A stretch of 60,851 nt of DNA, the filler included, from Nemertoderma westbladi (Eukaryota; Animalia; Xenacoelomorpha): NCBI GenBank assembly GCA_032718475.1. It is 3 parts of 3 records of this genome, joined end to end, with 100 filler letters (N's around TTAATTAATTAA, not from the genome) between each part and the next. Parts side by side here need not be neighbours in the genome. Positions count along the whole stretch, not along the records: positions 1 to 30,683 come from JAUCBJ010004580.1; 2 more parts are not named here. One strand, given 5' to 3'. The notes beneath the pieces were generated by a model that was given only the letters and a program-made list of their open reading frames with translations, made no database searches and was not told the DNA's origin. The position numbers were made by a program, and so were the translations under genes. This document shows, piece by piece, positions 1-12,770 of the stretch. Position 1 is the stretch's first letter. The number at the start of each line of letters is the position of its first letter.

Positions 1-329
1 TTAGACACATGCGTTTTTAGCGTTTCAGTGCCCCCCAAACCGGAAATTCCCATAAACTAAACACAATAGAACAGGATACAGTTTTGTTTTTGAGAGTAAT
101 CAGCTGTTATTTGCATCGAATTTCCCCTGGATAGGGATGATATATTGCGTCCAGTTCCCCCCCCTATCTGACATACTTGTACTTTTTTATAATTTTAACA
201 CCAATCTTTAATATCCCCAGTAGTTTAATGACAATTCAAAGGACATTAATCAATATAATTATTCAATCAAGTAATAGGCACTGCACTATACTACCAATTT
301 CATCTGGCTCGTTCTGATAATAGGATATC

Positions 330-3300
330 ATGGTTTCTGTTTCTTTACTAATGAGTGTGGCAACCAAGATGAAATTACCACGGTTATTTTTAATTGAAAC
401 ACATTTAATCGATTTGAGGTCACATTTAGTTACAAATAGAATGTATATTCGTGGTCCTGGAAGTTTCTTCTTTAAGAGAAAAATGTCGCTGTCTACTGTA
501 TATCACTATGTCAGTCCACATGTTTATAAAAATTCCAAGGTAATTGAAGAATGTAAATTTACTGGTGCTGAAAAGATTGGTGATAATCTAAATGTTGGTG
601 AGTCAACTAATACTAATTGTTACATTCCTCCTAGTTTTGGAGACACAGAGGAACAAAGGAATGTACAATTAAGAAGAGAATTCTCACCTTCACATACTTA
701 CTCTAAATATGGAGTTGTTTTTGAAGATCAGTTGGAGTGTGAATTGAATAGACTAGTTAGATTATATCGTGAAGAAGGAATAATAATTGATCATTTAAAA
801 TTTGCAAATCTGATTGGATTCTGTGGTTCATCTTTGGCTTCAATGCCACAAGTTGAACGCACTGCACTGGCACAGAGATTCTGGACAGAAATGTGTACTT
901 TTATAGCACCAAATGCCTTCCACTATAACAACTTACTCCGAGTATATGCTGAGAATGCTCATAACTTCGATGTTGATGAATTCCTCGCTGACATGGTTCA
1001 GAAGCGGTGCTTGATCCTAATGAATCAACAATGGAGATAGTTATAGAGATTTATGCTAAGCGTGGGAATTTGAAACAATTATTAGAGATATTGCACCAGT
1101 TAAAGCAAGAGACTCATATTCCTTTAACGTTGGAAAGTGTGTTATGCTCAATAATGTGTGGGTACATAATCACTGGAGATGCCAATGGAGTTAATAATAT
1201 TCGTATGTCTATGGAAAACCAAGGAATCCACATGAACAGGCGTAGTTATGAAAATATAATCCATGAATTTGCACGTTGCGGTGATATAGGCAGTGTGAAA
1301 CGGATTATAGATGAAGCAACTGGACATGACTTGATGCCATTTGCGAAAGCAATAATCATTGGAATTAAAGAACTCATACTTGTTGGTTGCAATAGAGATG
1401 TCTGGAGCTCACTACTTCAATTTATTGTAATTGAAAACAATACTCTATTAGCTCATTCATCGTATCTAAATGCCATTCTAGAACTTTGCTCCAATAAATG
1501 CCAGTTTCAAGCCTACCAACTACTTAAAGATCTATACCCTTTGTGTCTACCATTTTCATCCACTGCAATTGTTTCATTAGTTTCTAATTGGAAACCACCT
1601 AATATGGTTATCTGGTGGAATATTTGTAATTGGGAAATAGGTTGCGGAAAGTCATTGTATTTTCGACTTGCAATAGAGCATGGGTCAATTGCCATGGCAG
1701 AGATTGCACTTCTTATTTTGGAAAACAACAATATTTTTTTGTCAGAAATTCGATATCGGCATCTTGCTACACTCTATGCTGCTGCTGGCAATATTATAGG
1801 TGTTGTGGACACAATTGAGCGGATGTTTAGGAACATTGGAGACCAGTTTCAACAGGATCTAGGAATGGAAAAAAAAACATGTTATCGTTTTGCACAGTCT
1901 CTGGCTCCTTATCGAGAGTTATTCTACAATTATAAGACTGTGGATTATCTGCGACATTACGATGAATACTGTGTGAGCACCTCCAAGTGTAGTCTAGACA
2001 CACCTAGTCTTATTAGCAAGATCACTTGTCATTGGAAAGATGTTTCTTTACTTTCATATTTACTGAAGGAAGAACCTCTCCTTATGTGTACAAGTAGTGC
2101 TTGGTTGTACTTCATAGTAGGCAATGTAATTCATGCCAGTGATGAAGAAGCACATGATATTTATAAAGATATTGCAACATTGTTACTTCCTGCTTTATCT
2201 CATCGTCGAGTTTTCCATTTTTTCCAATGTATCTACAATGCTCTTTCTAAGAAAAAAGAAAAATGGAATCCATTGAAGTGTGAACTGTTCATGAATATTC
2301 TCCTAGATAATGGAGTTAATATTAAGAGTTGCTCACCTGATGCTAAAACCTCTATATTAGGAGTTCTTGAATCAGATAAACGATGTATAAATACTTTGAA
2401 GCGTGTCAAAAATGCCTATCAATCAAATTTACCTGTTGGACTTATATTTCAATGCCCACAAATTAATTTTTGGGCAGAATTTGTAACTGCAATCTACGAG
2501 GTTGAAAATGTGCTGCAATTGGAAAAGGTGAATTCCTTAGAATCTACAAATATTAATCTTGCTGTATCCAATCAATTAATTCATATGAAGATGGTTATTG
2601 AAAGTGAAAATATTGAATTGTTTGACAAACTGTGGATCAAATATCAGTCTTTCCTTTTGGAGCACCCCTATATTGTTATTTTCTCATCCCAGTTTTCTTA
2701 CTGGGTGCTCCTTATTGCATCTTTGTGTCGAAAGGGTTATGTGGAAAGGGCTCAGATTGTTTGTACAATGTGTCATCACAGACAGTATGGTGTTGGTTAT
2801 ATTGGTAATACTTTACTGCTCAGCAAGATACCGATATTTATGGCCTTTGGTTGTGCTGTGAACGGTGATTATCAAGGTATGAAACAACATTTCCTCGAGT
2901 TTAGGTTGGGTACTTGTTTCCTTGAAAGCAATAAAAACGTTGATTCTAAATTGGATATTGAAATGATCAATAAAACCTGGACTCTTCTATTGCTAAGGCA
3001 ACTGAAGTTATTAGCTCTAGATGCACCCCACGCTGTTCCTCAAGTTATGGCTGAATTGTTCAAAATATACCATAACAAGAACCTGGCGTCCTCCATGTAT
3101 GCAAACTTGGCTTCAAACAGCGACAGTAAAATATTGTTGGAGTACATCAGGACAGTAAGGAAATCATTTAGGAACCGGGAACGGGATCATGGTTTTATTC
3201 CAGGTTTACAGATCTTATTAAAGAAGTGTTTGACCTCCAATAATCAACAGTTATTACCTGATGTTCTTCAAGAACTTTTGCTTGACTTTCAGGATGAAAT

Positions 3301-3589
3301 ATTATTGTACCACCTTGCCTTGTCTTTGGTGGAAATTGACAGAATTGAAGAAGCAAGTAAAATATTACTCGACCTCAATGGTGAGATTAAATTTACACCT
3401 CGTAATCCTTTTTTATTGTATTACACTACTGGGAATTGGAGAACCCTTTGTAACTTGATAATCTCATTGCGTGGCTTTGAAGGTCAACTAAACATTATGC
3501 TTTCATTGAAATACAATAAACTCATGATGACGCCTGTTGACAAACTGAAGTTTACTCTTCAAACTAAAGTTAGAAGTTTCATTGATTGA
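330..3589 (+). pseudogene. LRPPRC: LRPPRC-like PPR protein, copy A, split by a net +2 frameshift near 997-1010 (pseudogene or consensus error)
   Basis: ORFs 330-1040 and 1007-3589 join into one protein colinear with copies B and C. The motif LIGFCG..ERTALA..FW..HYNNLLRVY..F.VDEFLADM matches the LRPPRC N-terminal PPR region. Copy A reads ggttcagaagcggtgcttgat where copy B reads ggtcagaagcggtgttgat (two extra bases). Confidence 0.75.
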
Positions 3590-3705
3590 GACACTTAGTG
3601 TTCTCTATAATGTTATAGTTAGTTAGAGTGGTTTGAATTGGAACAACTATCAATTTTTATTTATTGTAAACTAATTAATCATACATGCTTGTATGTAATG
3701 GAAAA

Positions 3706-4045
3706 TAGCACTTTAGTCTTTTCATCCAAGTGGTTTGTTTGGTGAGTCACTGCAAATGTAGATAATATCTACATTTGCAGTGACTCACCAAACAAACCAC
3801 TTGGATGAAAAGACTAAAGTGCTACTTTTGTGAAATTTTCACAAAAAATCAACTTATTTTTCACAACATGGTTTATAAGAGAATACTAGATATCATATCT
3901 AGATATGAGGGTAAGATAACTGTAAAAGTACTTTACAACAAGTATTCTGTATAGTTTTATTCCAAAATATTATGAATCCATGGGCTGTATTCTCTTATAA
4001 ACCATGTTGTGAAAAATAAGTTGATTTTTTGTGAAAATTTCACAA
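3706..4045. repeat. Two adjacent perfect 59-bp inverted repeats
   Basis: 3706-3764 and 3766-3824 form a palindrome with a 1-nt centre; 3828-3886 is the reverse complement of 3987-4045. Confidence 0.9.
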
Positions 4046-5493
4046 TTTGTGCCATTTTATATTAATCATAAAGATTTTGGCTTATTTAATTCAAAACAAA
4101 TTAATCAAGAACATTTCAATTATATAGTTGGCGGAGGGTAACGCCATCTAACATGCATTTTGTAATTGGTACCCCCATATCTAAGATAGATCTGTAACAT
4201 AATACTATGTTAGGATGTGCTATCGATGTTATCAAGGGTCAATGTCACTGTATTATGTAATATTGTAGAATAAAATAGTATATAGTAAAAAAACAATTTG
4301 TTTTGTCTTGAGGAGTGGCCTGAAAAGTACTAGTATTTGTTGGTTCAAATTATTCGATAATTCATATAAATATATAAATTTATATAAAATTCTTTTTCTT
4401 GATTGTATAAGCCTAATTAAATCCGGAATGTCAGGTCCTTGATTGTATATTTTTTTAATTAAAAAGCGGCCATACTTTTAAATCATTATTAAAATTCCGT
4501 TATATTTTTTACTGAAATCAGAAATACAAAATTTGCCTTAAAATTATCATATATTTTTTTAAAAATTATCACAATTATATATTTTTTGTTCTTATTGGAT
4601 AGAATGTTTTCCAAATCAGCAAAATTCTTAGAAAAGTTTGCCAAGAAATGACCGTTTCCTTATCCCACAAAAAATTTATGAAACTATTAATCTAAGGAAC
4701 TACTATTACTAAAGGACTTGCTTTGAAAAGGAAACATTGTTTGATGTCTAATGATACCCTTTTATTATATTTATCAATCATCAATATCAATAGGATACTT
4801 ATATAGAATATACTTGGTACTTATAAACTTGGTAAATACTTCATAATATCATTGGGATAAAGTACTCCAAAATTGACATTTACAATAAATTGTATTATAC
4901 ATAATATTTAATCATAACATAACAATATCATAACATATTTTTACTCTATAACCAGTGTAAATATGGTAGCTTTTGTATATGATATTATTAAGTTATTATT
5001 AAGTATAAGTAAGGCCAATGGGTATCTGGAATGTAAGTGGTGGGCATTCTTACAATCAGCATCTCTTGCATGGAGGCAGTGGTTCCAGTCCTTGAGGATC
5101 TAAAGCACATACTCGAACGTCATGAGAATCTGGGTTTAACCAACCTTATACAATGCCCTTACTGAATCCTGAAAATTTAATCATTTCATATTGAGAGGGT
5201 TTTCAAACAATCCCCATCCCACCTACTGTTATAGACACACTGGCTGATCAAAAGGTCATAGTTAACTGCATTTCATTTCCATTTTGTTACCTCCGTTACT
5301 TTTCTATCTTGATAATTATTAATTAATTAATGATAATAATTAATTATTAATTACCATAACGCGTCTCGGGTCGGAATGCAAATAATACATCCTTATTTTA
5401 CTAACAGTGAGTGATCTATATTATAGTTTACCTTGAAATTGTATTTTATTCTTATTTCTAAGACATTTTTCTAAATTACTATATTGTTGAATT

Positions 5494-8400
5494 ATGATGA
5501 CTTCTTTATTATTTGGTAATACTATCAAGAAGGCTCTTCATAGGACTTTGTTTCTTCGAGATCAGTCAATTCATGGATCGATACTTATAATTAGGAATAA
5601 GTCCATTTTATTTGCTGGAGATCATCAAGAGATAAAAACTGATGGTGCTATTCCTATTGAAAATAATAAACTAAGCACTAATACCAAATTAAAAGATCAC
5701 TCTAACTCTAAATTCGCTTGTAAAACTTACATTCCTCACAGCTATGGGAATACAGTTGAAGAAAGGGATGAGCAAACATGGAGTCGATTATCACCTTCTC
5801 AGACTTATGCAAAAGTGGGAGTTGTGTTTGCAGATCAGTTGGATTGTGAATTCAATAGACTAGTTAGATTATACCATGAGGATGGAATAATTGATCATTT
5901 AAAATTTGCAAATCTGATTGGATTCTGTGGTTCATCTTTGGCTTCAATGCCACAAGTTGAACGCACTGCACTGGCAGTGAGATTCTGGACAGAAATGTGT
6001 ACTTTTATAACACCAAATGCCTTCCACTATAACAACTTACTCCGAGTATATGCTGATAATGCTCATAACTTTAATGTTGATGAATTTCTCGCTGATATGG
6101 TCAGAAGCGGTGTTGATCCAAATGAATGGACTATGAAGATAGTTATAGATATTTATGCTAAGCGTGGGGACATGGACAATGTACTGAAAATAACCAAACA
6201 GATGAATCATCGACAAATGCCATTAACAGATGATATTGTTTCTTCAATAATGATTGGCATTGGAAGTTTGGATACATTAAATAATGTTCGTAGTTCTATG
6301 GAAAAGAAAGGGATTCAATTGAATCAATCCATTTACCCATATTTAATATATGCATATGCAAGGTCCAATGACATAGTTAATGTTAGACGCATTATTGATG
6401 AGGCGACTAAGCTTGGGTATGTACTATCACATAAGATTGTTATAAATACAATAAAAGAACTCATAATTTCTGGTTGCAATTTAGATATCTGGAGATCACT
6501 CCTTCAGTATATTGTAATTGAAGATGAAATTCAAATTGCCCATCGTTCTTATCTGAACTGTATTCTAGAACTTTGCATCAAAGGGTACCAGTTTCAAGCT
6601 TTCCTTTTCCTCAATGAACTACATTCTCTGAGTAAACCATTTCCTTCCACTGCAATTGTTGCATTACTTTCTAATTGGGAACCACCCAATATGTTGGTGT
6701 GGTCGATTATATGTAATTGGCGAATTTATGGGGAAAAGTCCTTATTGTTTTCTATTGCCATTGAGCGTGGGTCAATTCCAATGGCAGAGATTGCTATTAC
6801 AGTTCTGGAAATGCAAATGGTTTTTTTGTCAGAAATTCGATATCGGCAGCTTGCGACACTCTATGCTGCTGGTGGAAATATAGTAGGTGTTGTGGACACA
6901 ATTGAACGAATGTTTAGGAAGATTGGTGACCAGTTTCATAATAACATTAGAAAGGAAAGAGCAACATGTCATCGGTTTGCCCTGTCTCTGGCACCGTATC
7001 GCCTGCTTTTCTGCCAGTATAAGACCACAGATTATCTACGTCGGTACTCTGACTATTATTTAGGGAGCTCATTGGAAAGTGGGTCTCAACTAGATACACC
7101 TACTCTTATAATGAAAATAGCCTGTCATTGGTGCGACATATCTATCATTACTTACCTTCTTAAAGAAGAGCCCCAATTAATGGTAAAAATGTCTAAATGG
7201 ATGCCTTTCCTTGTTGCAAACATATTCCTCGCGGAAGATCAGCAAGATAAACTTTATAATGATATCGCAACATTGTTGTTTCCAACTTTACCACATCGTG
7301 GAGTCTTTCAATTTTTCCAGTGTATGTACAGTACTATATCGAATAATAACCAAAAATGGGAACCATTGAAATGTGAAAAATTCATGAAAACCCTTCTTGA
7401 CAAAGGCATTAATATCAATTCATGTTCTTTTGATGCTAAAGAGATTATACTTAGAATACTTGCCTCTGATGAACGATGTGCCAGAACATTGCGACATATT
7501 CAATCTCATTATAAGAAGTCTGCTTCTGCCGGACTGACATTAAAAGCATCAGAATGTAATCTTTGGGTGTTATTTGTATCAACTATAGATGAGGTAGAAA
7601 ATGTGTTGCAGCTGGAAAAGGTAAATTCCTTATTAGAGTGCGGTAATAATATTAATATAGCTGTATCCAATCAATTAATTAATATGAAGATGGTTATTGA
7701 AAGTGAAGATATTGAATTGTTTGTCAAACTGTGGATCAAATATCAGTCGTTCCTTTTGGAAAACCCCTCTTTGGCTATTTTAGAAACACATTTTTCCTAC
7801 TGGGTGCTCCTTATCGCATCTTTGTGTCGAAAGGGTTATGTGGAAAGGGCTCAGATTGTTTGTACAATGTGTCATCACAGACAGTATGGTGTTGGTTATA
7901 TTGGAAATACTTTACTGCTCAGCAAGATACCGATATTTATGGCCTTTGGATGTGCTGTGAACGGTGATTATGAAGGTATGAAACAACATTTCCTCGAGTT
8001 TAGGTTGGGTACTTGTTTCCTTGAAGGCAATAAAAACGTTGATTCTAAATTGGATATTGAAATGATCAATAAAACCTGGACTCTTATATTGCTAAGGCAA
8101 CTGAAGTTATTAGCCCTAGATGCACCCCACGCTGTTCCTCAAGTTATGGCCGAGTTGTTCAAAATATACCATTACAAGAATCTGGCGTCCTCCATGTATG
8201 CAAACTTGGCTTCAAACAGCGACAGTAAAATATTGTTGGAGTATATCAGGACAGTAAGGAAATCATTTAGGAACCGGGAACGGGATCATGGTTTTATTCC
8301 AGGTTTACAGATCTTACTGAGGGAGTGTTTGACCTCCAATAATCAACAGTTATTACCTGATGTTCTTCAAGAACTATTGTTGGACATTAAACATGATGAA

Positions 8401-8676
8401 TTACATCACAATCTCGCTATGGCTATGGTTGAACTCGGGAGAATTGAGGACGCTAGGGTCATATTTGTGAATCAAATTGATAAAATAAACTTTAAATATC
8501 TGCATCGTAAATCGTCGCATTATTACATGTCTGGGAATTGGAATTACCTTTGTAACTTGGTTGTTGCATTACGAGATTTTGATAAAGGAGAAATCGGCAA
8601 ATTTATAAAGGAAATAATTAAACCAGCTGATCAACTCCAGTTCGCCATTTCTATTCAACAAAATACAATTTACTGA
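5494..8676 (+). CDS. LRPPRC: LRPPRC-like mitochondrial PPR protein, copy B (1060 aa, intronless)
   Basis: Intact ORF with a basic N-terminus. Tandem ~35-aa helical repeats (PNAFHYNNLLRVYADN, PNEWTMKIVIDIYAKRGD, LNQSIYPYLIYAYARSND) are colinear with the LRPPRC/BSF N-terminal region. I cannot confidently align the C-terminal half by eye. Confidence 0.8.
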   Translation: MMTSLLFGNTIKKALHRTLFLRDQSIHGSILIIRNKSILFAGDHQEIKTDGAIPIENNKLSTNTKLKDHSNSKFACKTYIPHSYGNTVEERDEQTWSRLSPSQTYAKVGVVFADQLDCEFNRLVRLYHEDGIIDHLKFANLIGFCGSSLASMPQVERTALAVRFWTEMCTFITPNAFHYNNLLRVYADNAHNFNVDEFLADMVRSGVDPNEWTMKIVIDIYAKRGDMDNVLKITKQMNHRQMPLTDDIVSSIMIGIGSLDTLNNVRSSMEKKGIQLNQSIYPYLIYAYARSNDIVNVRRIIDEATKLGYVLSHKIVINTIKELIISGCNLDIWRSLLQYIVIEDEIQIAHRSYLNCILELCIKGYQFQAFLFLNELHSLSKPFPSTAIVALLSNWEPPNMLVWSIICNWRIYGEKSLLFSIAIERGSIPMAEIAITVLEMQMVFLSEIRYRQLATLYAAGGNIVGVVDTIERMFRKIGDQFHNNIRKERATCHRFALSLAPYRLLFCQYKTTDYLRRYSDYYLGSSLESGSQLDTPTLIMKIACHWCDISIITYLLKEEPQLMVKMSKWMPFLVANIFLAEDQQDKLYNDIATLLFPTLPHRGVFQFFQCMYSTISNNNQKWEPLKCEKFMKTLLDKGININSCSFDAKEIILRILASDERCARTLRHIQSHYKKSASAGLTLKASECNLWVLFVSTIDEVENVLQLEKVNSLLECGNNINIAVSNQLINMKMVIESEDIELFVKLWIKYQSFLLENPSLAILETHFSYWVLLIASLCRKGYVERAQIVCTMCHHRQYGVGYIGNTLLLSKIPIFMAFGCAVNGDYEGMKQHFLEFRLGTCFLEGNKNVDSKLDIEMINKTWTLILLRQLKLLALDAPHAVPQVMAELFKIYHYKNLASSMYANLASNSDSKILLEYIRTVRKSFRNRERDHGFIPGLQILLRECLTSNNQQLLPDVLQELLLDIKHDELHHNLAMAMVELGRIEDARVIFVNQIDKINFKYLHRKSSHYYMSGNWNYLCNLVVALRDFDKGEIGKFIKEIIKPADQLQFAISIQQNTIY

Positions 8677-9069
8677 TCCCTGATAGTAATTTGTGAAAAT
8701 CTTTAACTATATTTTATACGTTGTTATGAGTTATCGAAAGTAATAGAAATGAATTTAATTGTAATTGATTATATTTCAAGTAGTTTACTGAAATGTGCTG
8801 TGCGGTCGTACCATAATGTGTAGTGGGGTCGGGTCGTGAATCATCTATTACACCGTGTTTTTAATTAATAGTATTTATTACACCATGTCTTATTCAGGTA
8901 CCCCCCAAATTTTTTACCAATCTTAATGAGATTCCATGAAATTTGAAACATAAATAGTCCGTCAGAGTGACAGTGGGAGAATTATTATTTTTACTTTCAT
9001 TCTTTAACTACAAGCGTTTAAAAAAAGTGGTATCCATCGATATTGCACCAGTCTTACTGCATGGATTCC

Positions 9070-9938
9070 TTAAGGGGGGGGGGGGGGGGGGGGGGGGGCG
9101 GGCGGTGTCACCTCCAGTCTTTTTTCCGTGTTTTTGACGTATAATTTCAAGGTGATTCCGAATCTGAAATCAGTTTTTTGTTATTTCATTCCAGAGCCAG
9201 AGTTATGGCAACTTTTGTAATTTTCAACCAAAATTTGTAATTTTGGTGCAGCGCCGCTTTTGACATTATTAACTTTTACCACATTAAAAAGAACATGTCG
9301 AAAAATCTCCCCCCCCCCCAAAATATATGTTGATATATTTGGAATTTCAAGGCGCATCTTTCTATCCAGGTCCCGAAGCTTGAAAACCAAAAGCAAAGGA
9401 AATGGGGGGCGACCGAAGCCGATCTAAAGCCAACCGTTTATCTGAGCAAAATTAACTGAGCAGAATTAACTGGCTGGAACATAATACGAATTGTTGCTCT
9501 TTGGTACATGTGAAGCGATTGTCAATGCCACAGGGGCCGCAGTCAACCCCATTGACGTACCTCACCAAGACATTACTGCTTGGTGGTAACTATCAGTGCA
9601 ATAATTTTGAATAGTGTCTACGCTTGTGAGAGAGCACTAACCGGTATAAGCTTTGCTTTCCGATCAATCGTACTTATGTTTTAAAGTATTATACATCATG
9701 ACCCGTAATATAGTTTAATTTTCTGGTGATTGTCTTTAAATTATATTTAAGAGCTTTTTCAATGTGATTTTTGTGAAATTGACTTTCGGCGCTATAAAAA
9801 TTCATCCATCTCCAGGGGATCATTGACTCAAATAACAGCTGATTGCTCTAAAAAATATAACTGTAACCTGTTCTATGGACTTTAGTTTATTGTTTTGGTT
9901 AGAATAACGTGCCACTTTAACCTGCTCCTTTCCCTTAA
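9070..9938. mobile_element. Possible non-autonomous DNA transposon (Kolobok-like, TTAA flanks)
   Basis: Begins TTAA then a G-run at 9070 and ends CCC-TTAA at 9932-9938. Segment 9803-9890 recurs inverted at about 50-140. Confidence 0.3.
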
Positions 9939-10426
9939 ATTAAAATTAAACCTCGAGACGAAATATTAATTCGGCGATGGGATTTGCGTCTTTCATGTAG
10001 CCTACACTTACGTGGGCACTTCGCGCATACGTAAGACTAGATGAGCCTTTGAGTACAATTAGTGGACCTAGTCATTCGCCCCCTAGCGGTCGACAGATGA
10101 ACTATATAAGTCTGTCTGTGTGTAGAATTTCAATACTTTTTATAGACTACATGTGTACCAAGTTTGGTCCTTTCCATCAAAGATTTAACCAACTTTTTAG
10201 CGTCCAAACATTGCCGACGACGACAGATTATACCCCTACGATATGACTCACCTGGACTTACGTGGCTCGCATCACCCCCACATTAGTATTACAGTAAGCA
10301 CTAAACAGATAAAAGCAAGATGTAACGAAAGATAACAATGGTAAGAAAATGTAGGCCTATGCGACAATTACATATAGAATATTTACATTGAGGGTATTTG
10401 TATGATGTTTGCCTAATATGGATACA

Positions 10427-10625
10427 ACTAGGATCGGCACGCTGCATTGCAGCTGCATTATATATATTACATATAGGCCTATATTAAGAATGATCCCCAT
10501 GATGTGACGGCTTGTCGACAAAATTGCACCGCCACAACTCCCTATCAGCCATGACATTTGCTAGATCATCCACATCTTCAAGGCCAATGTCGTTTAAGAT
10601 CCGTCTCAAGAAAGTTGTGAGCTGT
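10427..10625 (-). mobile_element. 3' fragment of an RTE-clade LINE, same family as 60199-60828
   Basis: The reverse complement aligns with 60661-60829, including the gcagctgcaatgcagc...atcctagt end. Confidence 0.8.
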
Positions 10626-12160
10626 GTGCATCACATACTGTAAGTGAAATATATGTACTGTACGTTCAGTACTGTAGAATATAGAGGCCTACAACAGTGT
10701 AAAGTAATGAAATGTGGATGACCTCATGAAGCTCAATCTCTTTCCCGGAGGACCCAGAATAAAAATTCAAGTAAAATATAACTGTCTGTATTAATTATAA
10801 AACTGTAAAAGGCTATAGATGAGATACAGTTACAGATGAGTTTCAGCTTGGTGCCACTATATATATACTATATACTGTAGTGAATTGAAAACCTTGTATC
10901 TTTCAAACACAATAATAAACAAACATATTATGCCGACCCCATTGACGGATAAGAACATTTGAAAACAATTTCTTTATCTTAATATCTCAATCTACTCAAC
11001 TTTGCTCATTCCTAATTTTTATCGGATAATTTTGTTTTTAACTAACTAACTAACGTAGGCCTATGAATAATTTATTTTTCTTTCTTTTTTTATTTATTTT
11101 TATCTACAGTATATACTATATTATTATACTGTACAACTTATTTATTTATCTATGTAGTGTACTTCAACAATATGATATATTTTCATCTCGTCGGTCACCT
11201 TTATAAGCTAACCAATAACGCATAGTATTATTAATTTTACATATATTTACAGTGGACATAAACGGGATAAGACAGAACTCATCTTAACCCGAAATTAATA
11301 AATAATATTTGTGATGGCATGAACCCGATCTTTATATCTATTATGCACCACAACATCAAAACAACACTAGCTATGCTACTGCTATTTTTCGCCATTTAAA
11401 ATCTTTACATACTTACTACTGTATTACATTATTTATCACAAACATTAAGATTTTTTAAAAGTTAAAATAGGCTAAATAAACGTTAAATTGTAATATTGAG
11501 AAATTGTAATGCTACAATTATAATGCTGCAATCATTGCGGTAAATCGAAATTCCAGTATATGAGCTCTATTGATTGATTGATATTAAAAGTATTCGATTG
11601 ATGGGTACCGGGGTAATCTGTATTCCAGAGTCGAAAACTCGAACAAGTGAAATTCAAATTTCCCGCATAAAGTGCCATATTTGTCGAACAAACAGGTTTA
11701 CGAAGCTATCCATACTAACTCAGACGATCACAGATCATCGTGTTAAAGTTAAAGTTGAACTTGAACTTTTATTTATTTTCCCATATCGATAATGTTTAAA
11801 CCTCTAAATACATTATACACCAAAAGATCTTGCTTGGGTGAACATAGATCCTTTCCATACGAACTTATATCCTTCCCATATGAACTTAGAACCTCAACAT
11901 ACAAACATAGATCCCACCTTGCATAAATTGCTGTACTGTAGCTGTGTTAATGTGAAATATGTCATTCCCATAGGCCATAGCAACGCTAAAGCCATGCTGA
12001 TTCGAATGTACTGTCACTGTCAGAGCAGCAGACTCCAGACTGTATCAGCATCAGCGTCAGGTAGTACTGTGAATAGTTAAGCTGTCCAGTTACTGCAGTA
12101 CTGTGTACCGGACCGGTACCCAGTATGCAAAACTGACCAAATGTGCTCCACAGGCTAAGC

Positions 12161-12770
12161 AAAATGCGCTCCAACCAGAACGTAAACTGCGCTCAGTACA
12201 AACCCGAATCTGAATGTAAAATGTGCTCCAACCAGAACGTAAACTGTGCTCAGTAGGCTACAAACCCGAATGTAAAACAGTAAAATGCGCTCCAACGAGA
12301 ACGTAAACTGCGCTCAGTACAGTAGGCTACAAACCCGAATGTAAAACAGTAAAATGCGCTCCAACCAGCCAACCAGAACGTAAACTGCGCTCAGTACAAA
12401 CCCGAATGTAAAATGCGCTCCAACCAGAACGTAAACTGCGCTCTGTAGGCTACAAACCCGAATGTAAAACAGTAAAATGCGCTCGAACCAGCCAACCAGA
12501 ACGTAAACTGCGCTCAGTACAAACCCGAATGTAAAATGCGCTCTAACCAGAACGTAAACTGCGCTCAGTCCTCAGTACAAACCCGAATGTAAAATGCGCT
12601 CCAACCAGAACGTAAACTGCGCTCAGTCCTCAGTACAAACCCGAATGTAAAATGCGCTCCAACCAGAACGTAAACTGCGCTCAGTCCTCAGTACAAACCC
12701 GACTGTAAAATGCGCTCTAACTAGAACGTAAACTGCGCTCAGCTCAGTACAAACCCGAATGTAAAATGCG
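12161..12770. repeat. Tandem array of about 10 units of a 51-bp core with short insertions
   Basis: Core aaaatgcgctccaaccagaacgtaaactgcgctcagtacaaacccgaatgt, itself a diverged dimer. Confidence 0.9.

Noticed and set aside
5010-5250. Possible decayed LINE fragment on the minus strand
   Set aside because: Only faint similarity with several stops; not supportable without a search.
9074-9098. G homopolymers here and at 30561-30602 as functional G-quadruplexes
   Set aside because: Run length is unreliable in assemblies, both follow TTAA like transposon ends, and there is no evidence of function.
12161-12770. CRISPR array
   Set aside because: There are no unique spacers, variation is limited to short indels, no cas genes are present and the context is eukaryotic.
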